Shown here: in pieces, positions 37,529-47,401 of the stretch | Layout of the letters: every line of letters starts with the position of its first letter | Numbering within the stretch: the stretch's first letter is position 1 | Source: a virus | Direction: 5' to 3' (one strand) | DNA length: 64,000 bases | Virus record (IMG/VR): IMGVR_UViG_3300033233_000020 | Location: 1-64,000 of that record | Program-made: the position numbers and the translations under genes | Notes under the pieces: model-generated | What the model saw: only the letters and a program-made list of their open reading frames with translations | What the model was told of the DNA's origin: nothing | Database searches by the model: none

Positions 37529-38680
37529 TCAGACGTCGCCGTCGTCTTGCAGGAAGCTGAACGCAGTGGTAATGAAGTCCTTGTTCAGAATCTCAAAACC
37601 AGCGTACAGTTGCCAAATCAGAATGATAAATCGGCTGAAGTCATCGTTATTGTTGATGAGGACTTGAGCATTCGGGCCACCGATACCCACGCCAACTGCT
37701 TGAGGACCGAAGAAGTAACCTTGAGCGACTTCGTAGGTACCTGCGCCAGGGGTAGTGCCCAGGGTAGCAGCTTGGTTCTTGGTTGGGAAGTTGGTGGATT
37801 CGAAGAACTTCACACCTTCAAACTGAACGCCAGTAGGCATCACAGGTTCACCGGCAAGGAAGTAACCTTGACCAGCTTGAGGACCTTGGAAGAAGCTAGC
37901 GTTGTTAGGCATCATGGGGTTACCCATGTACATGCCTTGACCAGGATTACCGGAGTAACGTGCAATCTCGCGGAAGTCAGGGTCACGACGCAGATGCATC
38001 ATGAACGTGGGGTCGCAAATACAACGATACAGACCATCAGCGAAGGTAGGAACGTTGCGCTTACGCAGGTCCTTAACAACGGTCAGAAGGTCGGTACGAA
38101 CTTGGAACTGCTGAACGTTAGCAGTGTACTCGCCTGCGGTGTAAGAAGGGTTCTTGGTCTTGTTACCAGGGAAGTAGTAACCACCTTGGCTAGAAGATGC
38201 GGGACCATTTGCTTCTGCCTTGGACAGTTCGTCAAGGAAGACGCGGTCACGCCAGCGGCGGTAGTCGTCGAGCAGGGTCAGTGAACCGATGCTCTGGTGG
38301 AACATATTCAGGTTACCGGTGTCCAGCAGCATGCGCTGGGCGGTAATCAGAGTTTCACGAGCAATCTTAAAGGTGCTGGGCTGAGTCGGATCGCCGGGGT
38401 CAGCAGGACCGGTGTATTCCTTAAGCACCACAAGGACTTTCTCCTTGGTGATGTTACGGCTGTTGGCGGTACCGATGGTCTGGTCAGCGATGCGTTCGCG
38501 GCTGTCCTTAGTACCAGGGCTGCCCCAGAACTTGTAACGGTCGAGCTGAACAGTTTGGCCAGGCTGGGAAGTAAAGTCGTGGACAACCACGGGCTCTACA
38601 GCCATCTCGCAAATGTAAGCAGGGTGGGGGCGGTAAAGTTCCGCGCCCAGAATCTTAGGAAAGTCTGTATCAAGAAACAC
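37529..38680 (-). CDS. Major capsid protein
   Basis: GGAGG RBS; PGQTVQLDRY, LR..NVP....Y..ICDP, GVQFEGVKFFESTN, FFGPQAVG; portal-scaffold-capsid gene order. Confidence 0.8.
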   Translation of the reverse strand: MFLDTDFPKILGAELYRPHPAYICEMAVEPVVVHDFTSQPGQTVQLDRYKFWGSPGTKDSRERIADQTIGTANSRNITKEKVLVVLKEYTGPADPGDPTQPSTFKIARETLITAQRMLLDTGNLNMFHQSIGSLTLLDDYRRWRDRVFLDELSKAEANGPASSSQGGYYFPGNKTKNPSYTAGEYTANVQQFQVRTDLLTVVKDLRKRNVPTFADGLYRCICDPTFMMHLRRDPDFREIARYSGNPGQGMYMGNPMMPNNASFFQGPQAGQGYFLAGEPVMPTGVQFEGVKFFESTNFPTKNQAATLGTTPGAGTYEVAQGYFFGPQAVGVGIGGPNAQVLINNNDDFSRFIILIWQLYAGFEILNKDFITTAFSFLQDDGDV

Positions 38681-38790
38681 TTTCTTTTATCCTCCAGTGT
38701 CGCTGTGGACGATTATTTTATCGGGGAAAGATTCAGACACAAGTGTCTTATCTAACATAAATTTTAGCAGGCGCTAATTTACTAAGTAAA

Positions 38791-39378
38791 TCAAGCGTAT
38801 TGCAGGCCAGAAATAGACCGCGTTGGGATAGATCGCCGGGCGCCAGGCATGTTGCTGGATTGATAAGCTTCTGGGTCAGCAATTCCTTGTTGGAAACCAG
38901 GCGTACCCATCTCACCAATTGCACCACCAAGGGCAATGCCACCTAAGCCAGCTAAGCCAGCGGAAAGAGGTACAGCGGCGGCGGCGGCACCAGGAAATGC
39001 TGCTGCGTTTAAAGTAGCCGGCAATCCCAATAGATTTGTTCTAGCAATATTGCCCACAGTCTTGGGATCGTATAAAGTTGCGGCTTGGCCACGACTCATA
39101 TATTCAGGACTGTTAACAATTCCTTGATTAACACGTTCCCTAATAGAACGATTAGATTGTCCCATAGACTTATTCAAGCCCTTTTCAACTAATCCTGGAA
39201 GGGCTTGTCCATACTTACCAGCAAGTACGCGGGCACCCATCAAACCTGCTGCTCCTCCAAGGCCGCCTGCAATTGCAGCTAGTCCAGCAGAACCAGGATC
39301 TTCACCTTGAGAAAGAGCGTACCCACCCGTGGCTAGGCCAGCGGCAGCGGGTACGCCATACCTAAGATATTGGCGCAT
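38791..39378 (-). CDS. Ala/Gly-rich hypothetical protein
   Basis: ORF between the scaffold and capsid genes. Confidence 0.6.
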   Translation of the reverse strand: MRQYLRYGVPAAAGLATGGYALSQGEDPGSAGLAAIAGGLGGAAGLMGARVLAGKYGQALPGLVEKGLNKSMGQSNRSIRERVNQGIVNSPEYMSRGQAATLYDPKTVGNIARTNLLGLPATLNAAAFPGAAAAAVPLSAGLAGLGGIALGGAIGEMGTPGFQQGIADPEAYQSSNMPGARRSIPTRSISGLQYA

Positions 39379-39382
39379 GGCC

Positions 39383-40336
39383 TCACTCCATCACAAACAG
39401 TTTGTTTGCAACAGCTTGAGCAGGAGCTTGGTTGATAACGCGCCAGGCGTTAGCAGGATCACGATCCATTACTTCCTTAAAAGTACCCCAGAAATCCTGG
39501 GACTGTTGAGGAGAAGATGCAGCAGGAGGTGCAGGGAACTGACCCATTTGTTGCATGGGAGCTCGCGTAGGATAACCAACCGTTTCCAGTTGACCTTCGT
39601 TTTCGTACACAGGGTACGGACCTTCAGGACCAAAGAACTTCAGCGTGTAATCGCTGAGCACATCAGGGTTAGTAAGGATCTCGTTATATGCAAGATTCTC
39701 TTGATGCTCATTAACAGAAAACCGGGCGTAACCAGTCAACGTATTAGTTGCTTCGTGGCCCCATGCCACTGCGCTGTCCAGCATTGCTTCCAGGTTTAGC
39801 GCGTACTGGTTTAGTACTGCCGGAGCTTCCGTTCCGTACGCGTCGACCACCATCCGGCTTTCCGGACTCCACTGGAGCACTTCCGCTACCTCGGCCAAGG
39901 AGGGACTCGAGGAAGTTTGGGAATAGTTGGGCGAGTAGGTCTGGTTTGTTTGCCAGGTCTGCGGAGCCGATTGTTGCGTAGCTGGGCTGCTGACTTGTCC
40001 GTAGTTGGCCGGGATAAACTGAGTCGGACTGGCTTGTTGCGAGTACTGTCCCTGGAATGGGGATGGCACCGGGCTCCCCAGTAGGTTCACTACTTTGTTG
40101 AATGCCGACTCCCATGGGTTGCCGTTCTGTTCCGCCGGTTGGGATTGGGGGGCGTACTGAGTAGGCGCTGATTGGTAACTGGTAACCCCCTGAGGTGCCA
40201 TCTGGGGCACTGCTTGGGGATAGGCTGTTCCCACTTGGTAAGGAGCCACTGGTGACGCTTGGGTCACGTAGCTGCTTGGAGCCACTGCTGGTGCTTGGCT
40301 CATCTGTGGGATCGATTGGACGGTAGCGTCCTGCAT
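39383..40336 (-). CDS. Putative capsid scaffolding protein
   Basis: AAGGAG RBS; Gln/Pro-rich N-terminus; lies between portal and capsid. Confidence 0.65.
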   Translation of the reverse strand: MQDATVQSIPQMSQAPAVAPSSYVTQASPVAPYQVGTAYPQAVPQMAPQGVTSYQSAPTQYAPQSQPAEQNGNPWESAFNKVVNLLGSPVPSPFQGQYSQQASPTQFIPANYGQVSSPATQQSAPQTWQTNQTYSPNYSQTSSSPSLAEVAEVLQWSPESRMVVDAYGTEAPAVLNQYALNLEAMLDSAVAWGHEATNTLTGYARFSVNEHQENLAYNEILTNPDVLSDYTLKFFGPEGPYPVYENEGQLETVGYPTRAPMQQMGQFPAPPAASSPQQSQDFWGTFKEVMDRDPANAWRVINQAPAQAVANKLFVME

Positions 40337-42083
40337 AACTCATCTCCTTTTGTAAAGCTTCTAGTGTTCGATACAGATAGGGCGTCAGATCTAGACGAGG
40401 GTCCGCAGCCATTGGAAGATCCGGAGCTTGCGGGTGAGGGGTCTGCATCATGCCCCCCACGAGACGAGATAGTTGGGAGAAAGCTCCCTGCAACTCGTTT
40501 ACCATCCTGAACGGGAACCCAGATAACATCTCGGCCCGTTCCTCATCTGTTTTTGAAGGGAAGAGGTACTTCAATGCTTCAATGCTATCAACACCTAATT
40601 CCTGAAGGTTTCTAACAACAATTGAGTTGTTCAAGATGTCCTGCGTAGATTCTTCATAAACAGGTCCCATCCAACGCCAGAACACTGTAATGTCACCGTC
40701 AGGAATAAGTCCTTTGACACCAGGGGGAACCATCTTTGCTTCCACCAGGGCCATCATTATCTTCTTCAGTTGCTCGTTGTATTGCTTTAATGCATCTTCA
40801 TAAGCAGCCTCCTCTTCTGGACTAACACCTGCTTCTGGCTGAATAGGCTTCTCAAAACCTGCAGCATTAGCAAGCGTATCTTTAAACAGTTGCTCCTCCT
40901 GGTAGATAATCAACTCAAGGCAACGAGCGATACCGTGACTATAGATAGCATTGGCCTTCTTTTTAGATGTGGCTGATACGCGACCAAACAGTGACTTGTA
41001 TTCTGTTGCAGTAACACCAGCGGAAATTGAAAGCTCGTCTACACCGCCAAGCGAGGTACGAATCTCCTCTCGGTACTGACGAATAAAAGCATTTTGATCT
41101 CCACTGATTGCATCTGGAACAATGTAACCAACTCGGTCATTTGGTTCCAGGTTTGCAATAATACGTGGTACTCGCAGTTGGCCATCAACACCACGGCTAA
41201 TGGGATCTGCTTTAAACGTAGACCTAGTTAAATTAGCAGGACTAGAGAAGCCAGAGTTAGCAGCAATAGAAGGACGTTGAACAACTGAGTCACCACCAGC
41301 TTCTATGAGGTCAGTCTTGGGTCTAGAAGAAAGTAGGGTTGGGTTACCAAAGAACTGAATGTTCTTGCGCATATTACGCACCAATTCATCATGCGTGACA
41401 ATGTGATTCGCCATTGAATCAAAATCACCGCTTCCCTCCATTGAGAAGCCCTTAGGATTATTGAGAATCTCTACGCAGGGAATAAAACGCAACGTATTGG
41501 TAAACTTCTTTGTCTTACCAGGAATCATGTAGTTGATGTTGTCAAAAGACATCTCACCTTCTGAGTGAGTCTCTTCAATTACATCACGTTTAATTGAAAG
41601 TCTTATGTATCGCTTTGATCCTGGGGCCTCGCCGGAATTGATATCGTTCAGGTTGTTAGTGCCAATATCTGCGCCAAAACCATTCCCTCTCCGCACCTTA
41701 TAGCTATAGATGATCACAACTTCTTCTAGCTCTCCGTCTACGTTGTAAAACGTACGATACTCATGAGACCTGAAGTAGTAAAGGCGATAATTTGACTTAG
41801 TAGGACGAACGTAAAATAAACCCTTACCATCGGCAATAAAATAATCCCAAATGGAATCAAGCCGAGTATCTAGCTTGTTGTATTTTAAAACGCGATCAAT
41901 AAAGTCTTTTCGTTGGTTACCAAAATTGTCCTGTGAAGGAAAAAATTCAACTCCTTGGCGGATACCAAAAAGTTTCATCTGTGCAATATGAGAAGCAACA
42001 ATACCAGAATCAACGACCGCGTTCCCATCGCGCTCAATGTAAGCGTCAATGATTTCCTTGAGTCGACTGTTAGCGTTCGCCAT
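39744..42083 (-). CDS. Portal protein (long C-terminal extension overlapping the scaffold gene)
   Basis: Large ORF between terminase and capsid; FIPCVEI.N, GSGDFD, FFGNPTL, late W..MGP motif typical of portals. Confidence 0.75.
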   Translation of the reverse strand: MANANSRLKEIIDAYIERDGNAVVDSGIVASHIAQMKLFGIRQGVEFFPSQDNFGNQRKDFIDRVLKYNKLDTRLDSIWDYFIADGKGLFYVRPTKSNYRLYYFRSHEYRTFYNVDGELEEVVIIYSYKVRRGNGFGADIGTNNLNDINSGEAPGSKRYIRLSIKRDVIEETHSEGEMSFDNINYMIPGKTKKFTNTLRFIPCVEILNNPKGFSMEGSGDFDSMANHIVTHDELVRNMRKNIQFFGNPTLLSSRPKTDLIEAGGDSVVQRPSIAANSGFSSPANLTRSTFKADPISRGVDGQLRVPRIIANLEPNDRVGYIVPDAISGDQNAFIRQYREEIRTSLGGVDELSISAGVTATEYKSLFGRVSATSKKKANAIYSHGIARCLELIIYQEEQLFKDTLANAAGFEKPIQPEAGVSPEEEAAYEDALKQYNEQLKKIMMALVEAKMVPPGVKGLIPDGDITVFWRWMGPVYEESTQDILNNSIVVRNLQELGVDSIEALKYLFPSKTDEERAEMLSGFPFRMVNELQGAFSQLSRLVGGMMQTPHPQAPDLPMAADPRLDLTPYLYRTLEALQKEMSYAGRYRPIDPTDEPSTSSGSKQLRDPSVTSGSLPSGNSLSPSSAPDGTSGGYQLPISAYSVRPPIPTGGTERQPMGVGIQQSSEPTGEPGAIPIPGTVLATSQSDSVYPGQLRTSQQPSYATIGSADLANKPDLLAQLFPNFLESLLGRGSGSAPVESGKPDGGRRVRNGSSGSTKPVRAKPGSNAGQRSGMGPRSN

Positions 42084-42143
42084 TAACTATTTATCGCCCT
42101 TGATTTTTATATCTTAACAGATTAAAGAAAGTAAATTACTAAA

Positions 42144-42767
42144 TCAAGAAACGGTTTTTCTGTTGAAACCCGCTTGCTTGGTTTGCTGCATATTTGTCAT
42201 TGCTTGTATGTAACGACCAATTGGATTCCCTGTGCCAGAAATTAAAAGCTCTTCCGTCTCTGCTGGTTGTTGTGATACGTTGTCTACTTTGTCTTTATTT
42301 TGCATGTTTGTTAGTGCTTGTACGTAGCGACCAAATGAATTCCCTGTACCAGAAAGTAAAGGCTCTTCCGTCTCTGCTGGTTGCTGTGCTGCGTTGCTTT
42401 GTTGATTTATATTTTGCATATTTTCTATTCCTTGTGTGTAGCGGGTAAAAGGCTCTCCAGGGCCTGCAAAAGGATTAAATACTGTAGACATAGATGCTAC
42501 ATTTCCTATATTCATCGCTGGTTGACCCATTGCTTGAGGTCCAAATACAGCTCCTGGATTTGATTCCATGACATCACGAAGATTTTTTATCCGTTGCCCA
42601 GTTGGAGTGTTATCCATTCCACGACGCCAAAGTTGATTAACCCCTGGCTGCTGCCCTGGTGGGAAAGGATCCCGTGTCCATGTACCCGCAACTGTAGTAT
42701 CCGGTGCACCGGCATTCCCAATATATCCAGCTTGAACACTCTTTTGCAATGGATTGGAATTAAACAT
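42144..42767 (-). CDS. Hypothetical protein with a 38-aa tandem duplication
   Basis: QQPAETEE.L.SGTGN..GRY.QA.TNMQ occurs twice; DNA period 114 bp. Confidence 0.6.
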   Translation of the reverse strand: MFNSNPLQKSVQAGYIGNAGAPDTTVAGTWTRDPFPPGQQPGVNQLWRRGMDNTPTGQRIKNLRDVMESNPGAVFGPQAMGQPAMNIGNVASMSTVFNPFAGPGEPFTRYTQGIENMQNINQQSNAAQQPAETEEPLLSGTGNSFGRYVQALTNMQNKDKVDNVSQQPAETEELLISGTGNPIGRYIQAMTNMQQTKQAGFNRKTVS

Positions 42768-42792
42768 TTTTTTCAAACCTGTTGTTTTTATT

Positions 42793-42978
42793 TTACTCTT
42801 CTTTTACTTCGTAACCAGAAGGGTCATGTACTTTGCTCAATACAATACCCTCGCCCTTCAAATCCCAATTAAGAATATCCCCTTCTTTCCATCCAAGCTC
42901 ATCAATTAGTTCATCTGGAAACTCAATGAACAATTCCCCTTGTTCATTTTCTTGAACCTCCACAGTGTAACTTGTCAT
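42793..42978 (-). CDS. AbrB/MazE-like DNA-binding protein
   Basis: GELFIEFPDELIDELGWKEGDILNW. Confidence 0.75.
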   Translation of the reverse strand: MTSYTVEVQENEQGELFIEFPDELIDELGWKEGDILNWDLKGEGIVLSKVHDPSGYEVKEE

Positions 42979-43268
42979 TTTGTAAAAAGCTTTTCCACTA
43001 GCTTATCAAGCTTAAGGTTGATTTGCCTAAAGTTATCATGCATTTCCTGGATTTCCCTTAAGAAGTCAACCTTGAGAACGTATTCCAAGGGGAGCCGGCT
43101 CACTTGATTTTCTAATGAGTTTAAACGATTCTCTTGCTTACTTAACAATTCGTACACTGTTTTAACCCTATCGCTTGCACGTGAAAGTATCTTGTTTGCC
43201 ACCCAGCTCCCACCTCCAATTGAGGATATTACCGCCGTTAGGACGAGAGCAAAATATTCCGGGCCCAT
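42975..43268 (-). CDS. Membrane-anchored coiled-coil protein
   Basis: N-terminal TM helix; LPLEYVLKVDF motif. Confidence 0.65.
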   Translation of the reverse strand: MGPEYFALVLTAVISSIGGGSWVANKILSRASDRVKTVYELLSKQENRLNSLENQVSRLPLEYVLKVDFLREIQEMHDNFRQINLKLDKLVEKLFTK

Positions 43269-43297
43269 CAGTCAAATACTTTTCTATATTTTACTAT

Positions 43298-44836
43298 CTA
43301 AAAATCAATCTGAAGATTCCCTTTACGCATCAAGCCTGTAACGAGCCAGACCAGGGCGTCAACACAGTCATCGTGACTGCTTACACCGAAGTTAGTCAAC
43401 TCTTCAAACATTGCCGTAAAGTTTCGATAACGATTAAAAATGATCTTTCTATCTTCAAACATACCCATGATGCCACGGAATCTTGCCAGTTTATCTGCCC
43501 TAAAAGCTTTTACGGGATGCCAATTTAAGTTGTATAGTCCTTCATTATTTAAGCAAACTCTTTTGAAGTCTGATTCCAAAGAAGCCTGATAGGCTACTGC
43601 TTCAGACCAAATAGCACACGTTGAATAGGTAGGAAAATACATTCCACCTTCATCCTTACCAATAACAGACCAGTCATTTAAAAGCTCTTTCAACTCATCT
43701 AGTTTCTCCAAGTTACCCATCACACGTAGTCGCCTGTAATCAATGATGTGGATCTGATCGCCAATGCGACCACCCAATACCATCACCGTGTAATCATTCT
43801 TTTCTTTGATTCCAGCGGAGAGGTCAACCCCAATACCAAGAGCATCAAATTCAGTTGCTATTTCAGCTTTAACAATAAGTTCCGGCGTCAGCGACAATTC
43901 ATTTTGCCTGACAATCTGATTCATGTACTGGAAAGAAAAAGCAATAGGTGCCTGCCTCTTCTTTTCCTTCAAGTAATCAAGGGACCACATCTCTGGCCAA
44001 TAGGACTGCTCTTCTCCCGTGATGGGATCATTGTTGATTGCAGATAGAACAATCTGACGCCAATTATTTTGCTCATTAAAAGTGGTTGCATGGATGTCAT
44101 CATGCCTAAATCTGGTACCTAGACAAATTGCTCGACCACCTTCAAACATCGTTGGCGCAATAACTGCGTTCCAGTTATCTTGCATTGTGCGCCTGATATC
44201 TGGGTTAGAAATATCGGCACTACTTTTAATAGGGTCATCGATACAAACTAAATGACTACGCTTGGATGTAACTGATCCCTTTAGGCCTGCGGCACACAAA
44301 GTAAACTGTTCATCACCTGTGTTTTCAATACCCGCAAAACGATAATCAATTGACCAATATTCATTGCTGGTTACGTTCTTAAGAAGTCGTACAGACGGAA
44401 ATACTTCTTGATACCGTTTACTTTCAATAATTCGTTTAATGGTTGCCGACTTAGAGCGAGCAATGTCAACCGTATAGGACAAGTAAAGAATTTGAAGCGG
44501 TTTCTTCGCTGTGGTGTGAACACCAATAGACCATGCTGCAAGCAAACCCAAGACTGTTGATTTGGCTGAACCCCTGCTGGCAAGTAGGTCTAGGTTTGGT
44601 CCAGCAATCTTGAGTAAACAATCACTGTCTTGGTTTGTTACCAGATGTTGATGCCATTCAAGGTGGTGCTTCGCTGGTTTCTTTTTGGGATCAATGTACT
44701 CGCAGAAAAAAGCAAAATCATCTCTTGCTCTAATCAATGAGTCTTCATCTTTATGTTTGCGTATCTTGTGATTATTAGCGGCTGCTTGTGCGTTACGTCT
44801 ATATGCAAGATGAAGATTTGAAGCCACGTTAGCCAA
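43298..44836 (-). CDS. terL: Terminase large subunit
   Basis: ASRGSAKST Walker A, IDDPIK Walker B, GTRFRHDD, GVDLS, NDYT, HDDCVDA nuclease motifs. Confidence 0.92.
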   Translation of the reverse strand: MANVASNLHLAYRRNAQAAANNHKIRKHKDEDSLIRARDDFAFFCEYIDPKKKPAKHHLEWHQHLVTNQDSDCLLKIAGPNLDLLASRGSAKSTVLGLLAAWSIGVHTTAKKPLQILYLSYTVDIARSKSATIKRIIESKRYQEVFPSVRLLKNVTSNEYWSIDYRFAGIENTGDEQFTLCAAGLKGSVTSKRSHLVCIDDPIKSSADISNPDIRRTMQDNWNAVIAPTMFEGGRAICLGTRFRHDDIHATTFNEQNNWRQIVLSAINNDPITGEEQSYWPEMWSLDYLKEKKRQAPIAFSFQYMNQIVRQNELSLTPELIVKAEIATEFDALGIGVDLSAGIKEKNDYTVMVLGGRIGDQIHIIDYRRLRVMGNLEKLDELKELLNDWSVIGKDEGGMYFPTYSTCAIWSEAVAYQASLESDFKRVCLNNEGLYNLNWHPVKAFRADKLARFRGIMGMFEDRKIIFNRYRNFTAMFEELTNFGVSSHDDCVDALVWLVTGLMRKGNLQIDF

Positions 44837-44866
44837 CAGCCTTTAACTGCATACTAACTTACTTTC

Positions 44867-45019
44867 TTATTTATCGTTCTTTTGCTTCTTGTATTGCCTT
44901 GCTTTATCCAAGGCAACCTTACGTTTCTCCGTATCACTCATGTCAGATCCGTCTTCCTTTTTAGTTTCTGTATTTTTAAAATGCGCTATTAATTGAAGAG
45001 GTGTTTTGGGTTTATTCAT
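44867..45019 (-). CDS. Small basic protein
   Basis: MNKPKTPLQLIAHFK...; coupled to the upstream ORF. Confidence 0.5.
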   Translation of the reverse strand: MNKPKTPLQLIAHFKNTETKKEDGSDMSDTEKRKVALDKARQYKKQKNDK

Positions 45020-45231
45020 TAAACAGAACGAGCTTCTGGCTTACGGGAAACATTTAACAACTCTTGAAATTTATCGGGGTCGCCAGGGGTAGGTGCATCT
45101 GTTTTTTTGGGTTCTGAACTACGTGCTTGAAGTGGACGATCACCACTGTTTTTTTGTAGTCTTTGGACCATACTAAATATGTCTGCTGGGGTAATAAAAC
45201 CAGCGGTTGGCTTGTTAGCTTTATAGTCCAT
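45019..45231 (-). CDS. Hypothetical protein
   Basis: ORF in the late operon. Confidence 0.55.
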   Translation of the reverse strand: MDYKANKPTAGFITPADIFSMVQRLQKNSGDRPLQARSSEPKKTDAPTPGDPDKFQELLNVSRKPEARSV

Positions 45232-45234
45232 AAA

Positions 45235-45852
45235 TTAATCCTCGAATTGCATCTTAGCCCATACACTCATCGATGCTTCATGCAATGGACCTTCAATAGG
45301 ATCGTCTTTGAAGATTAACATTAACTCTCGAATTGCGCGGTCTGCGCCAGCCATCAATAAACCCTTGTTGTCCCTGGATGAAGTAAAGGAATCAACCTGA
45401 GAAATGGTGCTGCGTAATTCTTTTTGTAGGCTTGCAATACGCGCAACACCTACATCTCTTTTTACTGCAAAGTTTTCAATATCTTCTCGTAGTTTACGGA
45501 TGTCTTCCTGCATCTCTCTAATTTCTGAGAGCAAGATTTTAAGGTGATTAGGTTTTGGGAACTTATTGTTTACCCATGCTTCCGCAGCAACTATGCTGCC
45601 GCGATACCCAAGGAACCTGGAGTACAGGTAAACTTGAATAGGGGAGAACGTGTCTTTAGCAAAAGAATAAAACGAATCTAAGGTAGGAACATCCAGGCCT
45701 TCAAGCCAGTAGTCAAATACCTCAATATCGATACGCTCGTTGGGACTGCCCGTAGTCTCGTGCTTCGTCTGATTCGCCGAAACGCTGGGCTTGTTCTGCG
45801 CTTGTGCGCTGTTCTTGGGCGCTCTTTCCGAGACTTTCCCTTTGCTGTGCAC
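45235..45852 (-). CDS. Hypothetical helical protein (terminase small subunit candidate)
   Basis: Coiled-coil ORF upstream of terL; its start overlaps the previous gene. Confidence 0.55.
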   Translation of the reverse strand: MHSKGKVSERAPKNSAQAQNKPSVSANQTKHETTGSPNERIDIEVFDYWLEGLDVPTLDSFYSFAKDTFSPIQVYLYSRFLGYRGSIVAAEAWVNNKFPKPNHLKILLSEIREMQEDIRKLREDIENFAVKRDVGVARIASLQKELRSTISQVDSFTSSRDNKGLLMAGADRAIRELMLIFKDDPIEGPLHEASMSVWAKMQFED

Positions 45853-45967
45853 CCTGGTCCTCCATTTTCTTTTTGGAAAAATCGTAAGCTACGCCAGCTG
45901 CTTGACGATATTTGTCAAGATCAAACCAATCATCATTTTCGTAAGTTGGTGCTGGATCGATAGCCAT
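45722..45967 (-). CDS. Hypothetical protein
   Basis: ORF in the late operon. Confidence 0.55.
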   Translation of the reverse strand: MAIDPAPTYENDDWFDLDKYRQAAGVAYDFSKKKMEDQGAQQRESLGKSAQEQRTSAEQAQRFGESDEARDYGQSQRAYRY

Positions 45968-45981
45968 CTAAATAATCCTAC

Positions 45982-46191
45982 TCAGAAATTACTCATCATG
46001 CCAGCCATACCTTGGGCAAAGGTACCGCGACGATCTTCAACAGCTTTTTGACGCACTTGACGCTTTTTGGAGCCTTCAAGACGATCAAGCAGTTGTTGGA
46101 ACTCGACAAGATTAACAGCAGCGTCAGCACCAGTGTTGCCAGCTACACCTTGATTGGATACACCTTGATTGGATCCACTTTGATTAGCCAT
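45982..46191 (-). CDS. Hypothetical protein
   Basis: ORF with TATAAT upstream. Confidence 0.6.
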   Translation of the reverse strand: MANQSGSNQGVSNQGVAGNTGADAAVNLVEFQQLLDRLEGSKKRQVRQKAVEDRRGTFAQGMAGMMSNF

Positions 46192-46234
46192 AACTCCGAG
46201 ATTTAACTTCTTAAATTATAAGATACCTTATCTG

Positions 46235-46819
46235 TTAAAAGTTGAATGCGGAAACAAGACTACCAAGGATGGCGGTACTGCGATCAATTTTTTTACCTTT
46301 AATACCGTATTCACCACGAATATTTTCAACGTTTGCTGCACCGGCGTTGATAATACCTTGTAAATCAATGGCACCTTTGGCGCGAATATTTTCAGCTCCT
46401 AGGACACCTTCTAACTCTCTATCCGAAGAATACTTAGTACCTTCAAGATTTAATGCACCTAATCCTAAAGCAGTGTTTTTCTTTATCCTTTCAACAGCTA
46501 TTAGCGATTTACCGTTTTCTTTGGCTACATCAATAGAACTCTGAGCATTTAAAACTCCGAGGTTCTGAGCTAATGTGCCTTGGTATGCACCAGGGGTTAA
46601 AAACTCCTCGGAAGAAAAATCACCAAAACCAGGTACGTCTACAGGGGAAGAGTTACCACCCTCTCTTGCACCATAACTAACATCAATGCCCATAGACTTA
46701 GCTATGGGTATCACACCGCCTTTTATACCTAGCTTTTTCTTGATTAGATTTAAACCAGCAAGATTTAATGTATCCCTGCCTTTAAGCGCATCTCTTATTT
46801 GTTGTTCATTGCTTGCCAT
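46235..46819 (-). CDS. Hypothetical protein (internal virion candidate)
   Basis: ORF in a tightly packed operon. Confidence 0.6.
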   Translation of the reverse strand: MASNEQQIRDALKGRDTLNLAGLNLIKKKLGIKGGVIPIAKSMGIDVSYGAREGGNSSPVDVPGFGDFSSEEFLTPGAYQGTLAQNLGVLNAQSSIDVAKENGKSLIAVERIKKNTALGLGALNLEGTKYSSDRELEGVLGAENIRAKGAIDLQGIINAGAANVENIRGEYGIKGKKIDRSTAILGSLVSAFNF

Positions 46820-46825
46820 TTTTTA

Positions 46826-47401
46826 CTAACCTCGATACACAAGAGGATCGATCTTTAGCCCATAACGAGCACCTGTAAAACCAACTGCTCCCGTATTGGG
46901 ATCTTTTGTTGGTACAAGTCGCCCGTACATTGCAGATACCGCCTCCTCAGAAGGAGTTTCCGCCTGCGCAAAATTACTAGCAGGATTTGAGTAGGCCATA
47001 CCAGCTATCTCTTGCAGAGAAGGGCTTTCTTTTTTGAAATATTCACGTTCTTCAGGATTCATTACTCTTCCCAGGGCGGAAAGATAAGTTTGCTGTGCCT
47101 TATCCAAGGCTTCTTTTTTGGAAGGGCTATAAGTTGCTTTATAAGCATCAGTCCAGGTTCTGCCTCCAGGTTGGAAAGTTCTTGATTTAGGATACATTTT
47201 TCCTATTGTAGCAATATCAAAAGCTGCCTGGCTTGGGTCAGTCCCAGAGGAAAGCACTGATTGAAATAAATCAGAAAGCCTGTTTTCTTCTTTTTCACCT
47301 AGGCGATCATTGCTGAATATTGTTTTCCAATATTCCTGTGCATCCGGATCCATGTCTGGCGCATCAGGACCCCCAAAAATACCACCAAGAAAACTACTCA
47401 T
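46826..47401 (-). CDS. Hypothetical protein (internal virion candidate)
   Basis: Coupled ORF. Confidence 0.6.
   Translation of the reverse strand: MSSFLGGIFGGPDAPDMDPDAQEYWKTIFSNDRLGEKEENRLSDLFQSVLSSGTDPSQAAFDIATIGKMYPKSRTFQPGGRTWTDAYKATYSPSKKEALDKAQQTYLSALGRVMNPEEREYFKKESPSLQEIAGMAYSNPASNFAQAETPSEEAVSAMYGRLVPTKDPNTGAVGFTGARYGLKIDPLVYRG

Noticed and set aside
36978-38755. Long + strand ORFs opposite the capsid genes (36978-37487, 37547-38284, 38297-38755)
   Set aside because: These are antisense shadows of codon-biased genes and have no motifs of their own.
42188-42384. 114-bp tandem duplication as a functional repeat system
   Set aside because: It is a simple two-copy in-frame duplication in a low-complexity protein.
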